From contig NZ_LR722653.1 of the NCBI RefSeq assembly GCF_902500225.1, forward strand, positions 151,909-191,908: DNA of 40,000 nt, read 5' to 3'. The position numbers were made by a program, and so were the translations under genes. Origin of the DNA: Buttiauxella massiliensis (GTDB taxonomy: Bacteria > Pseudomonadota > Gammaproteobacteria > Enterobacterales > Enterobacteriaceae). Positions within the stretch are counted from its first letter, which is position 1, and each line of letters starts with the position of its first letter. The notes beneath the pieces were generated by a model, which had not been told where the DNA came from, made no database searches, and was given only the letters and a program-made list of their open reading frames with translations. Below are positions 8,794 through 18,629 of this stretch, piece after piece.

Positions 8794-9066
8794 AAATCTC
8801 AAACACTTGCCAATCTCTCAGGCTCGCATTTGGCTAAATTTTGAGAAACATTCGAATGAACAAGTAGTTAGTTAGAGTAACTATTTAGATAACAAGCATT
8901 TTCTAGTTCATTCAGAAATGCAGATGACAATTATTTTATTCACACTTTGTAACACGCAACTCAAAAAAAACGGCAACCAGTCTCAATGAGGTTTCAACTA
9001 AGAAATCTCACCGCCACATTGATCGCCGTTCTGCATCAAATGCTCACCACCATTGTTCTAAAACGC

Positions 9067-9963
9067 TTAGCGCGCCAGCAGCTTCTGAATGCTGTCCCTG
9101 AACTTCTGACCTTCTTTATGGTTACGCAGACCGTATTGTACAAATGCCTGCATATAGCCCATTTTCTTACCGCAGTCATAACTTTCGCCAGTCATCAATG
9201 CAACTTCTACCGCTTGCTTTTTATTAAGTGCAGCGATGGCATCGGTAAGCTGAATACGTCCCCAGGCACCCGGCTCGGTTTTCTCGAGTTCAGCCCAGAT
9301 ATCAGCTGACAGAACATAGCGCCCTACCGCGGCCAGATCGGAATCCAGTGTTTGTGGTTCATCCGGTTTTTCCACAAACTCGACAATGCGGCCAATCTGC
9401 CCATCATTATCTAGTGGTTCTTCCGTTGTGATAACTGAGTACTCAGACAAATCAACGTTAGGCATGTGTTTTGCCAGAACCTGGCTGCGCCCTGTCTCTC
9501 TGAAACGCTCAACAATCGCCGCTAAATTATAACGCAGTGGGTCAGCACTTGCGCCATCAAGGATAACGTCAGGCAATACCACAACAAATGGGTTGTCACC
9601 AACAATCGGACGGGCGCACAAAATGGAGTGACCAAGGCCTAGCGGTTGAGCTTGACGTACGTTCATAATCGTCACGCCCGGAGGGCAGATTGACTGAACC
9701 TCAGCGAGCAACTGGCGCTTAACACGCTGCTCAAGCAGAGCTTCAAGTTCATAAGATGTGTCGAAGTGGTTTTCAACAGCATTCTTGGATGAATGCGTTA
9801 CCAGCACGATTTCCTTGATACCAGCAGCTACAATCTCATCGACGATATATTGGATCATCGGCTTATCGACGATCGGTAACATCTCTTTTGGGATAGCTTT
9901 TGTTGCGGGCAACATATGCATGCCCAAGCCTGCTACCGGAATAACTGCTTTCAAATTAATCAT
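9067..9963 (-). CDS. galF: GalF, UTP-glucose-1-phosphate uridylyltransferase-like subunit
   Basis: Near-identical to my recollection of E. coli GalF ([52 protein letters not shown]...). The ORF track starts at GTG 9975. ATG at 9963 reproduces the K-12 N-terminus and has a GAGGTG SD about 9 nt upstream. Confidence 0.95.
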   Translation of the reverse strand: MINLKAVIPVAGLGMHMLPATKAIPKEMLPIVDKPMIQYIVDEIVAAGIKEIVLVTHSSKNAVENHFDTSYELEALLEQRVKRQLLAEVQSICPPGVTIMNVRQAQPLGLGHSILCARPIVGDNPFVVVLPDVILDGASADPLRYNLAAIVERFRETGRSQVLAKHMPNVDLSEYSVITTEEPLDNDGQIGRIVEFVEKPDEPQTLDSDLAAVGRYVLSADIWAELEKTEPGAWGRIQLTDAIAALNKKQAVEVALMTGESYDCGKKMGYMQAFVQYGLRNHKEGQKFRDSIQKLLAR

Positions 9964-9992
9964 ATTCAAGCCCACCTCAAAATGGTTGGGGG

Positions 9993-10021
9993 ATTATAGT
10001 CTTTTCGTGCGCTGATGCCAG
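9993..10021 (-). promoter_or_regulatory. Candidate sigma70 promoter for galF
   Basis: On the minus strand there is a perfect TATAAT (9998..9993), a 17-nt spacer and CTGGCA (10021..10016, 4/6 to TTGACA). The predicted TSS is about 22 nt upstream of the galF ATG. Sequence pattern only. Confidence 0.35.
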
Positions 10022-10139
10022 CATGAATTGATCCCCAGAATTAGTACTTCATCTTAACGTTCTCAATAAAGTACGCAAAACCAAAACCTTGATTTATACA
10101 TTGCAAAAGGTCGGAAAACTCGCAATGTGATTTGACAAT

Positions 10140-11567
10140 CTACTTAGCCGCTATAGGCAGCACAAAATTCAACCCGCTTGTGTTCACATGCTGATGGTCA
10201 ACCCGGTCGATGTCCACCGAACTCTGCCCCTTCTCATTCACGGCACGCACATTCGCAAGTGAAAGCAGCGTATCCCCCTTAGCCATAAAGCGGCCTCGCA
10301 CGTCTTTGCGCAGGTCGAAGTTAAGCTTCAGCGCAGGTCCAGTGGCAGCGTACTGCATGACGTCAACGTTGCGTAGAAACAAGTGCTGCGGTTTATTATG
10401 CAGCTCAAGCGTTGCGCGCTTTAGCGCCACATTGGTGATGGCAACGAACGACGTAGCGTTACCCGAAGAAATCTGTATTCCACGGCTTTTATACTGCATA
10501 TGCGTATTATCAAGCACTATATCGTTTAGTTTAAAATTTTGCGGAATAGATAAATACTTTCCCTTGATCACACCATAACCAATAAGAAATCCCGCACTCT
10601 CTTTCATCTCGATATTATCAATCACGAAATTATCACAGCCATAAATTGCTATTGTAGCGTTATCAATTCCCGCTTTCTGGCTGAAAGTATGATTAATGTT
10701 GCGGGCCTTAATATTACGAATAACAAAGTGTTTACCATTTTCAACATGTATTAACTGCCTACAGTTACTACCTGTGATATTTGCCACCACAAAATTCTTC
10801 ACCGCCTGGTCTTCAGGGTACTCGTTGTCGTAAGTACTACCCGCAAGCCCAATCCCAATGCCCCAGTTGATCTTTCCATTGGTGCAATCAATGTTTTCAA
10901 TCACATGGTCTGAGATAAGAAGGTTTTGGTCGTTGATAGCCACATTCCATTCGATAGCATCCCCTTGCAGGCGGCTAAAATGCCCGTTGGTGATCTTCAC
11001 GTTCTCCATACGATTATGGAAACCCTGGCGCAAAATCGCGTAGTTCGCATCGTGCACAGTAATCTGGTCAATCACCAGGTTGCGCATGGTGCGCTGCTCT
11101 TTTCCACCAATGTAGATCTGCGTGACCGGCACAAAACCGCTCATATCAATGCCTTTGATAGTGCAGTCAGAACCACGCACATCGAGGGTGATATTATTAA
11201 ACCGCCCCTCCTTGTCTCCCAATACCTGGCAGCCATCCTGCAGTACAAAACGCCCTTTGCCATTACCCTTTAAGCCGCCAGCGACGTGCAAGGTTTTGCC
11301 TTCAGGCATAAAAATGGTGGTATTGATGTTGTCGCAGACCAAATCGGCCGGAACGGTCACGATATCAGCGGCTGAGAATGCTTGTTTGAAGGCGGCAATC
11401 CAGTCACCGCTATAGAATTTTTGCACGTTGACCTCGCTTTTGAGGCCTGTGGCAAACACGCTGCGAGGTAAAATGAATGGCACCGCAGCCAGTACTGAAC
11501 TGGCTTTAAGTAATTTGCGGCGGGAGGAGGAAAACGAAGGGTGAGTCGATTCAAATCTTTTGCGCAT
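10140..11567 (-). CDS. wcaM: WcaM, colanic acid biosynthesis protein of unknown role (Tat-signal, beta-helix-like)
   Basis: 475 aa. Long collinear blocks match K-12 WcaM ([13 protein letters not shown], [50 protein letters not shown]). The N-terminus has the twin-arginine motif SRRKLLK followed by a hydrophobic stretch. Confidence 0.9.
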   Translation of the reverse strand: MRKRFESTHPSFSSSRRKLLKASSVLAAVPFILPRSVFATGLKSEVNVQKFYSGDWIAAFKQAFSAADIVTVPADLVCDNINTTIFMPEGKTLHVAGGLKGNGKGRFVLQDGCQVLGDKEGRFNNITLDVRGSDCTIKGIDMSGFVPVTQIYIGGKEQRTMRNLVIDQITVHDANYAILRQGFHNRMENVKITNGHFSRLQGDAIEWNVAINDQNLLISDHVIENIDCTNGKINWGIGIGLAGSTYDNEYPEDQAVKNFVVANITGSNCRQLIHVENGKHFVIRNIKARNINHTFSQKAGIDNATIAIYGCDNFVIDNIEMKESAGFLIGYGVIKGKYLSIPQNFKLNDIVLDNTHMQYKSRGIQISSGNATSFVAITNVALKRATLELHNKPQHLFLRNVDVMQYAATGPALKLNFDLRKDVRGRFMAKGDTLLSLANVRAVNEKGQSSVDIDRVDHQHVNTSGLNFVLPIAAK

Positions 11568-11596
11568 ACATCCTCGTGAAGTTTCACTCGGTGGGT

Positions 11597-12817
11597 TTAC
11601 AGCGTTTGTAGCTGACGGGCTAATTCTCGGTAGATAACTTTCTGGTTAAATTCAGTTTCAACTTTCGCTCGCGCCAGGTTAAGCATGGGATTCAGTTCGC
11701 TTTCATCGATATTCCCGAAAGCCTGTAAGCAATCTGCGAGGGCTGGCGCATCTTTTTCTGGCACCAGCCAACCGGAACGACCCGCGTCTATGAGTTCAGG
11801 AATACCGCTATGTACGGTGGAAATAACCGGAATACCCACCGCCATCGCCTCCATTAGCGCCACCGGAATACCTTCCATATCGCCATCTTCACCGGTTATC
11901 GACGGCAGTAAGAACACATCAGCTTCATCGAGCATCGCTTTCACTTCATGGTTCGGCTTAAAGCCCGGCATAAATACCACGCCATCAAGCTGATTTTGTT
12001 CGATAAGCGTACGCAGGCGCGTTTCCCACGGGCCAATACCGAGGATGTTGTAACGGAACTTCACGCCGCGTTCTTTGAGCAGCAGGCAGGCTTCAATTGC
12101 AACATGCAGACCTTTCTTCTCGGTCAATCGTGCTACCGAAATAATCTCCAGTGTTTTGGCCGGAGCTTTCACGCTACGCTGCGAAAACCGCTCCATATCC
12201 ACACCCATACGCGAAACGGTAATCTTGTTGGCCGGGCAGCCCATTTTTTGCAAACGCCCCGCCCATAAATTGCTTATCGGCAGCATCAAATCACCACGCG
12301 TAAAGAGTTTCTGATATTCCGGTGTGTAGTGCGCAAGTGCCTCGCGCCCTGAAATATCAATGCCGTGGAACACCGTGGCAATTTTGCCTTTAATCAGCCC
12401 CAGTTCGCGCAGTTTGGCCGCCGTCACACCCGCCGGGCCGAAGTGGGCGATAAATACATCTGCCTTTACGGTTTGCGGGTTACGGCCACAAATAGAGGAG
12501 AGGATCAGATTGCGCGCCTCCTCGCCATAGCGTTTGGAATTTAGCGCGCGCCAGGTCTGCGGGCGAAGTGCGCCACGCAGAGTATTCAGGGCACGGGATT
12601 GCAGTTTTGCTGCCTTCCCCGAAGGCTCGTCCATCAGCCAGGTGGTTTTCGCCGCCAGATCGTACTCTTTGAATGCCGAGTGCGTGTTGGTCAAATCCCC
12701 CTTCTGGATGGCGACAATTTCCACCTCATAACCCATATCGATAAATGCGGTTATCTGGTTGAGCACAAAGGTTTCCGATGCCACAGGGAATTTCAGCAGG
12801 AAGAAGCCAACTTTCAT
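11597..12817 (-). CDS. wcaL: WcaL, colanic acid glycosyltransferase (GT4)
   Basis: 406 aa, [22 protein letters not shown]..., with the GT4 E-x7-E region [19 protein letters not shown]. Position and length match K-12. It overlaps wcaK by 4 nt. Confidence 0.92.
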   Translation of the reverse strand: MKVGFFLLKFPVASETFVLNQITAFIDMGYEVEIVAIQKGDLTNTHSAFKEYDLAAKTTWLMDEPSGKAAKLQSRALNTLRGALRPQTWRALNSKRYGEEARNLILSSICGRNPQTVKADVFIAHFGPAGVTAAKLRELGLIKGKIATVFHGIDISGREALAHYTPEYQKLFTRGDLMLPISNLWAGRLQKMGCPANKITVSRMGVDMERFSQRSVKAPAKTLEIISVARLTEKKGLHVAIEACLLLKERGVKFRYNILGIGPWETRLRTLIEQNQLDGVVFMPGFKPNHEVKAMLDEADVFLLPSITGEDGDMEGIPVALMEAMAVGIPVISTVHSGIPELIDAGRSGWLVPEKDAPALADCLQAFGNIDESELNPMLNLARAKVETEFNQKVIYRELARQLQTL

Positions 12818-14094
12818 TTTTCCCCCTTAACACGCTTGACTACCGATTCCACCATACGCAGGCCATCTTCACGTTCTGCGCGCACCGCATGAGCCAGGCG
12901 TTCTTTGATTGCTGGTAATTGCCCCAGCACATCCGCCACCACGCTCTGTAGCGAGCCATTCAGCAACTGGCGGATTTCAATCGCCATTTCCGGCATGCCG
13001 AGCTGCTTCATGATGCCTGCGGATTTGTGTTCATAGTTGATGGCAATCGCAGGTGTGCCGAAGTTCATGGAGATGATGGCAGAATGCAGGCGCGTGCCAA
13101 CCGTCAGTTCGCATTCGCCGAGAATCTTGCCCATCTCCAGATCGTTAAGCTCATCCATAACCACATGGTATTGCTCAGGGTCATTCACATACTGGCGCAG
13201 GTTGAGCGCCACCATGCGGTCGTCTTTGTTGTAGCTGTCGATACCGGTACAAGTCGACAACGCCAGCACCTGGTAACCTTGCTCAATGACACGATTCACG
13301 ACTGAGGCGAATGCTTGTTCATAGGCCTGCTGCGTGGTGCCGAGGCGTTTGTCGAAAGGTGCCAGTTCACGCAGCGTAATAGCGACCGTCTTCTTGCGCT
13401 TGATGGTGTGCAGCCAATGCTGCACCGCATAGCTCGGCACAAAGCTGTCATTGTGATGATCGACAAGCCAGGCGGTATCGACGCCCTGCTCCACTTTGCT
13501 GCTATCAATATTGCTTTGCTTCATCAAATCAAGGCTGACGGACTCACGCAAAATCAGCGACTCGGCATTACCGAAAACATAACTCGCCAGGTGGTTAAAC
13601 TGCGGGTCCTGGAACGGCCCAACGCTGTGGCCAATCATGTACACCGGCTTTTTGGCCATAAAGCTACACAGCGCATGCTCAAACTGAGAAACGCCGTATA
13701 AATCGACAAAGAAAGAGCCGCCGACCTGAATAATCGCGTCATATTTTTGCAGCGATTTCACAAAATCAATAAAGCCCTGTGGGATGGAGATATTGCGCAG
13801 GCGCCCGTTGTCAGTGGCTTTCGCCAGCAAAACCTGGTGTTGATATTTGCGACGCAGCACTTTCTTTACCCGCCCCATCAGCCCAACCGCGTTGTTGTGC
13901 TGCTTCATCTGCTTATACAAGCCGTCACCCATAACCGGGCGGCCCAGCAACCAGGCGGAACTCACCGGATAACGGCTCATCACATCAACCTGCACGGTGT
14001 CATCAATGGTGGTAATCGCATCGATCAGTCCGCGCAAAATGGCGCTGTCACCACGGTTGCCGCAAGTGTGGTTGCCAAGAATCAATAATTTCAT
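12814..14094 (-). CDS. wcaK: WcaK, colanic acid pyruvyl transferase
   Basis: 426 aa, MKLLILGNHTCGNRGDSAILRGL... Very close to my recollection of K-12 WcaK and in the syntenic position. Confidence 0.93.
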   Translation of the reverse strand: MKLLILGNHTCGNRGDSAILRGLIDAITTIDDTVQVDVMSRYPVSSAWLLGRPVMGDGLYKQMKQHNNAVGLMGRVKKVLRRKYQHQVLLAKATDNGRLRNISIPQGFIDFVKSLQKYDAIIQVGGSFFVDLYGVSQFEHALCSFMAKKPVYMIGHSVGPFQDPQFNHLASYVFGNAESLILRESVSLDLMKQSNIDSSKVEQGVDTAWLVDHHNDSFVPSYAVQHWLHTIKRKKTVAITLRELAPFDKRLGTTQQAYEQAFASVVNRVIEQGYQVLALSTCTGIDSYNKDDRMVALNLRQYVNDPEQYHVVMDELNDLEMGKILGECELTVGTRLHSAIISMNFGTPAIAINYEHKSAGIMKQLGMPEMAIEIRQLLNGSLQSVVADVLGQLPAIKERLAHAVRAEREDGLRMVESVVKRVKGEK

Positions 14095-14121
14095 ATAAAT
14101 CAGACCTCTTATTAAGGGGTT

Positions 14122-15600
14122 TTAGCTTGCGCGAAGCAGTGTTTTTAAACGGTCGTTACGGCAGAACTGGCGCTTCATCTCAACCACAAGCGCATTGCGG
14201 GAAAGCACCAGCATGACGATAAAGGCCAATGCGCCTGCCACAATTTGTACGCCCACCAGCAAGCCGAGCGCGAGATGCCCTTTCAGGGCAATTCCCAGCG
14301 CACTACTCACCACAATGGTTGGAATCGAAAGGTAAAACGGTAGCCAGATGCTCTGAATGTACTGGCGATAACTGGACCCCAGCACCGGTTTAATCATGAT
14401 GAAATAGCTCAGAACGGTGTTCACCACCTGCACGAACAGGAAGCCGAGCGTCACGCCCAGTGCGCCAGCAAGATGGCTGCCGACAATAATCGCCGGGATA
14501 AACAGGCAGGTTTTGAAAACGTTGAACTTAAAGCTGATATCCACTCGCGCTTTTGCCATCAGTAATGACCCAATCGGGTTACCGATGGAGCGCAGTAGCC
14601 CCACCACGCACAGCAATTGCAGAATTGGGGTAATAAACTGCCACTTTTCACCAAATACCAGTGGCACAAAATTGTTCGATACCACCAGCAGACCGAGCAG
14701 CGCGGGGAAGTTGATAATTCCGACAATCGACAGCAACTTGTAGAAATTGAGGCGTAACTTGTCGGTATCGTCCTGAATCTTGGCAAATGCCGGGAACAGC
14801 ACGCGGGTGATAATCGGGTTCAGCTTCATGGGCGGCACCACCGCCACGTTATAAGCGAGGTTGTATCCCCCGGCGATGCTCGCCCCCAGAATACGCGCCA
14901 GCACCAGCGTTGAAAGGTTGGTATTCACGTAATTGATAATGCTGTCTGCAGTCAGCCACGCGCCAAACTTGAGGTTCGAGCCAACGGACTTGAGTGAAAA
15001 ATGCAGGCCGGGGCGGTAAATCTTGCGGCCGAAGAAGCCAAACAGAGAGGTACGCACCACGGTGTTGACCAGGTAGCCGACGATGGCGGTCATGGCGAAC
15101 GGGTAATACATCGCCGCACCCACGGTGACGGTAAAGCCCGCCATCACGGAGACTGTTTCAATTGAGCCAATTTTTGAAAACTCGAGTTCCTTTTGCATGA
15201 GTGCGCGGAACTGCTGGCCGTGGGGAATGACAATAAAAGCAAATGACAGCGTTTTAATCAGTGGCCCGAGCTTCGGTGCATGCAGCACCGAGGCAATCAC
15301 ATCGCTGAGCAAAAACACCAGCGCAAACACCACTAATCCCAGGCCGACGTTCAACCAGTACAACGTGGTGAGTTCAAGATGGCTGATCTCTTTGCGCTGG
15401 ATAATCGAGTTGGCAATACCAAAATCCGACAGCGTATCGGCCAGCGCGATAATCACCAGCGAGATGGTCAGCAGGCCAAACTCATGGTTGTCGACAATGC
15501 GTGCCAGCACCGTCATTTGCACCAGGCCCAGGCTAATAATAATCACCGTAGCGATGGCGGACCATTTCGCGCCGCTGATGGTTTTTTCTCTCAGGCTCAT
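14122..15600 (-). CDS. wzxC: WzxC, colanic acid repeat-unit flippase
   Basis: 492 aa, MSLREKTISGAKWSAIATVIII..., polytopic and highly similar to K-12 WzxC. Confidence 0.93.
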   Translation of the reverse strand: MSLREKTISGAKWSAIATVIIISLGLVQMTVLARIVDNHEFGLLTISLVIIALADTLSDFGIANSIIQRKEISHLELTTLYWLNVGLGLVVFALVFLLSDVIASVLHAPKLGPLIKTLSFAFIVIPHGQQFRALMQKELEFSKIGSIETVSVMAGFTVTVGAAMYYPFAMTAIVGYLVNTVVRTSLFGFFGRKIYRPGLHFSLKSVGSNLKFGAWLTADSIINYVNTNLSTLVLARILGASIAGGYNLAYNVAVVPPMKLNPIITRVLFPAFAKIQDDTDKLRLNFYKLLSIVGIINFPALLGLLVVSNNFVPLVFGEKWQFITPILQLLCVVGLLRSIGNPIGSLLMAKARVDISFKFNVFKTCLFIPAIIVGSHLAGALGVTLGFLFVQVVNTVLSYFIMIKPVLGSSYRQYIQSIWLPFYLSIPTIVVSSALGIALKGHLALGLLVGVQIVAGALAFIVMLVLSRNALVVEMKRQFCRNDRLKTLLRAS

Positions 15601-15611
15601 TAAAGACTCAC

Positions 15612-17006
15612 TTAATACGCAGCTTTATTAACAAAGCCTTTGAAGATGGTCAGAAAGACGATTTTGATGTCAAACCACAGGCTCCATTCGCGGATATATT
15701 CCAGGTCAAACTCAACACGCTTTTCCATTTTTTCCAGCGTGTCAGTTTCGCCGCGCCAGCCGTTGATTTGTGCCCAGCCGGTAATGCCGGGTTTCACTTT
15801 GTGGCGCAGCATGTAGCCTTCAATCAGCAAGCGATATTGTTCGTTATGCGCAACCGCATGGGGGCGAGGACCGACAATCGACATTTCTCCCATCAGCACA
15901 TTAATAAACTGCGGCAGTTCATCCAGCGACGTGCGGCGCAGGAAATTCCCCACCGGCGTAATACGCTTGTCGCCTTTGGTGGCCTGAGTCACGACGGCAT
16001 CGTTTTCCATCACTTTCATGGAGCGGAATTTCCATACTTTGATTGGCTTTCCATCCATGCCGTAACGCGTCTGGCGGAAGATAACCGGGCCCGGCGAGGT
16101 CAGTTTTACCGCAGCACTAATGCACAGCAGTACCGGGGAAATAAACAGCAAGATCATCGCTGACAACACGATATCTTCGAGGCGTTTCAGAATCCGGTTA
16201 ATGCCGTTTAGTGGGGTAGCAAACAGCGGTACAACCGGCACACCGTTAACTTCTTCAGTGCGGGAGTTAAGAATATTGAAGGTGAAGACATCGGGGATTA
16301 GCATCACCGAACAGGTGGTGTCCGTGAGTTCGCGGACCAGAGTTTTAATCTGCACTTCTTCACTCATCGCCATGGCGATATAGATATTGTCGATTTGCCC
16401 TGCACGCGCTTGTTCAACCAGGTCGGAAAATGAGCCGGCATAATCACCGTGTGGGGATTCAGGCTGCTGATCGTCATAAACCCCGGTGACATCAAAGCCT
16501 AACCACGGTTCGTTACGGAAACTTTCGGCAAGCGTGTAACCCACCGGCAGTGAACCCGCGATAGCAATACGACGAGTGTTATAGCCCATATTGCGCAACC
16601 AACCGGCACCGAAGCGAATAAACGAACGGCACATCACCATGCCAAAACTGGTCAACACATACCAGGCCAGATACACCCAGAAAGAGCCATCAAAGTCAGG
16701 GTTAAACGCCAGTAATCCGGCACTAAAAATCAGACTTAGCGTCCAGTTTTGCAACAGCAGCATCAGTTCGCTGGAAATTCTCACTCCACGCCAGGATCGA
16801 TAAAAATCGGTCATTCCACCAATCATCTGGAAGACCACGAGGGCGAGTAACGCCATCAGCAAATGCATATACAAAAACGGTAACGCGTTAACCTGACACA
16901 CCACCCATAACCCAACAAACATAATGGTTATGTCAGAAAAACGTTGCACCATAGAGATTAACGATGCGTTCGTTTTTGGCAGCTCGCGCTTTTTTAGGTT
17001 TGTCAT
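15612..17006 (-). CDS. wcaJ: WcaJ, UDP-glucose:undecaprenyl-phosphate glucose-1-phosphate transferase (initiating enzyme)
   Basis: 464 aa with N-terminal TM segments and a C-terminal sugar-transferase domain (PGPVIFRQTRYGMDGKPIKVWKFRSM...DELPQFINVL.GEMSIVGPRP). Syntenic. Confidence 0.95.
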   Translation of the reverse strand: MTNLKKRELPKTNASLISMVQRFSDITIMFVGLWVVCQVNALPFLYMHLLMALLALVVFQMIGGMTDFYRSWRGVRISSELMLLLQNWTLSLIFSAGLLAFNPDFDGSFWVYLAWYVLTSFGMVMCRSFIRFGAGWLRNMGYNTRRIAIAGSLPVGYTLAESFRNEPWLGFDVTGVYDDQQPESPHGDYAGSFSDLVEQARAGQIDNIYIAMAMSEEVQIKTLVRELTDTTCSVMLIPDVFTFNILNSRTEEVNGVPVVPLFATPLNGINRILKRLEDIVLSAMILLFISPVLLCISAAVKLTSPGPVIFRQTRYGMDGKPIKVWKFRSMKVMENDAVVTQATKGDKRITPVGNFLRRTSLDELPQFINVLMGEMSIVGPRPHAVAHNEQYRLLIEGYMLRHKVKPGITGWAQINGWRGETDTLEKMEKRVEFDLEYIREWSLWFDIKIVFLTIFKGFVNKAAY

Positions 17007-17073
17007 CGTTTTACCTTTATTAAAAGGGTGACGGATCCCCTTTCCTGCCTCAGGAGATTTCCGTCCCCACAGA

Positions 17074-18444
17074 TCACTGATTCAACAGTTCCATAATTTC
17101 CTGCGTTCGCGCCTGCATCAGCTGCTCGTTGCTACGCGACTCCACATTCAGGCGCACCACCGGCTCGGTATTTGAGCTGCGCAGGTTAAAGCGCCAGTCG
17201 GCAAACGCCATGCTCACGCCGTCGGTGTGGTCCACTTCCTCAGCGTGTGGCGCAAAGTGCTGCTGCACACGCGCAATCGCGACTTTCGGGTCCGCCAGCT
17301 TGCTGTTGATTTCCCCGCTCGCCGGCCACGCCGCCATACGGTCGTGCACCAGTTCACCCAGGGTTTTACCTTTCAGGCACAGCAGTTCCGTCACCAGCAG
17401 CCACGGGATCATCCCGCTGTCGCAGTAAGCAAAATCACGGAAATAGTGGTGGGCGCTCATTTCGCCGCCGTAAATGGCGTCTTCCTGGCGCATACGCTCT
17501 TTGATAAATGCATGGCCGGTTTTCGACATCACCGGCGTGCCACCTGCGCGCTCCACGATATCCACCGTGTTCCACAACAGACGCGGGTCGTGAATAATCT
17601 TCGCCCCTGGTTGTTTTTCGAGGAAAGCCGCCGCCAGCAGACCAACGATGTAATAGCCCTCGATGAACAGCCCTTTCTCGTCAAACAGGAAGCAGCGGTC
17701 AAAATCGCCGTCAAAGGCGATGCCCATATCCGCGCCGTGTTCAATCACCGCGTTGCGGGTGTCGTCGCGGCACTCCGGCAGCAGCGGGTTCGGGATACCG
17801 TTCGGGAAATTGCCGTCAGGCTGGTTGTGCACTTTGATAAATGTCAACGGGACATTGAGTGCCTTAAAGCGGGCTTCGATAGCGTCCACAATCGGGCCTG
17901 CCGCACCGTTACCGGAGTTAATCACCAGCTTCAGGGGTTTGATATTTGCCACGTTGATGTACGAGAACAGGTGGTCGATGTACGCCTCAACCACCGATAT
18001 TTTCTGGTAGCTACCGCGTTTTTTCGCGTCGACCGGCGGGAAGTCGTTGGCTTCTGCCAGGCGCTGCACATCACGCAGGCCAGTGTCGCCGCTAATCGGG
18101 CGAGCCCCTTCGCGCACCAGTTTCATACCGTTGTAGTCCATCGGGTTATGGCTGGCGGTCACTTCAATGCCGCCGTCCACATCCAGATGCCAGGTGGCAA
18201 AATAGATTTCTTCGGTACCGGACAGGCCGATATCCAGCACGTCCACACCCGCATCCTGCAACCCTTTTGCCAGCGCCAGCTTGAGCGCTTCGCTGGTCAG
18301 GCGCACATCGCCGCCAAGTACGATGGTTTTCGGTTTCAGGTACTCGCCATAAGCGCGGCCAATACGTTCAGCGATCTCTTCGTTCAACTCTTCGCCCAGC
18401 TTGCCGCGAATGTCATAGGCTTTAAAACAGGTCAATTCAGTCAT
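17074..18444 (-). CDS. cpsG: Phosphomannomutase CpsG/ManB
   Basis: 456 aa, with the active-site TASHNP motif ([15 protein letters not shown]) and the Mg-binding FDGDFDRC motif. Syntenic. Confidence 0.95.
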   Translation of the reverse strand: MTELTCFKAYDIRGKLGEELNEEIAERIGRAYGEYLKPKTIVLGGDVRLTSEALKLALAKGLQDAGVDVLDIGLSGTEEIYFATWHLDVDGGIEVTASHNPMDYNGMKLVREGARPISGDTGLRDVQRLAEANDFPPVDAKKRGSYQKISVVEAYIDHLFSYINVANIKPLKLVINSGNGAAGPIVDAIEARFKALNVPLTFIKVHNQPDGNFPNGIPNPLLPECRDDTRNAVIEHGADMGIAFDGDFDRCFLFDEKGLFIEGYYIVGLLAAAFLEKQPGAKIIHDPRLLWNTVDIVERAGGTPVMSKTGHAFIKERMRQEDAIYGGEMSAHHYFRDFAYCDSGMIPWLLVTELLCLKGKTLGELVHDRMAAWPASGEINSKLADPKVAIARVQQHFAPHAEEVDHTDGVSMAFADWRFNLRSSNTEPVVRLNVESRSNEQLMQARTQEIMELLNQ

Positions 18445-18504
18445 GTTTTACCTCTTTTCAGGCAACAGTCAGCCCTCTCCAGTACGGAGATAACTTTTTC
18501 TAAA

Positions 18505-18629
18505 ATGTATAACCATTAGATTTCGCGTTGCAGGAAGGCGGCAACTGCGTGCATCGCCGGGAGCTTAGTTAACTAAGTGACCGGTGTGCGCAAAGGAAGC
18601 CAACGCATCTGCAGCGTGAAATATGATGG
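18505..18629. repeat. ERIC/IRU (enterobacterial repetitive intergenic consensus) element, diverged copy
   Basis: ...TTTCGCGTTGCAGGAAGGCGGCAA...CCGGGAGCTTAGTTAACTAAGTGACCGGTGTGCGCAAAGGAAGCCAACGCATCTGCAGCGTGAAATATGATGG follows the ERIC core GTGAATCCCCAGGAGCTTACATAAGTAAGTGACTGGGGTGAGCG and its flanks. The central imperfect palindrome is retained. It fills the manC-manB intergenic gap. The ends are approximate. Confidence 0.7.

Noticed and set aside
8963-9010. Possible galF intrinsic terminator (T8 run on the minus strand at 8963-8970)
   Set aside because: The sequence preceding the U-run forms at most a 4-bp stem (AACC/GGTT) with an 11-nt loop. That is too weak to call a terminator.
17227-18519. 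430-aa ORF on the plus strand, antisense to almost all of cpsG/manB
   Set aside because: The translated product is Arg/Val/His/Gln-rich and low-complexity, with no recognisable motif. The opposite strand encodes a textbook phosphomannomutase. Long stop-free antisense frames are a known by-product of GC3-rich codon usage. There is no RBS or promoter evidence.
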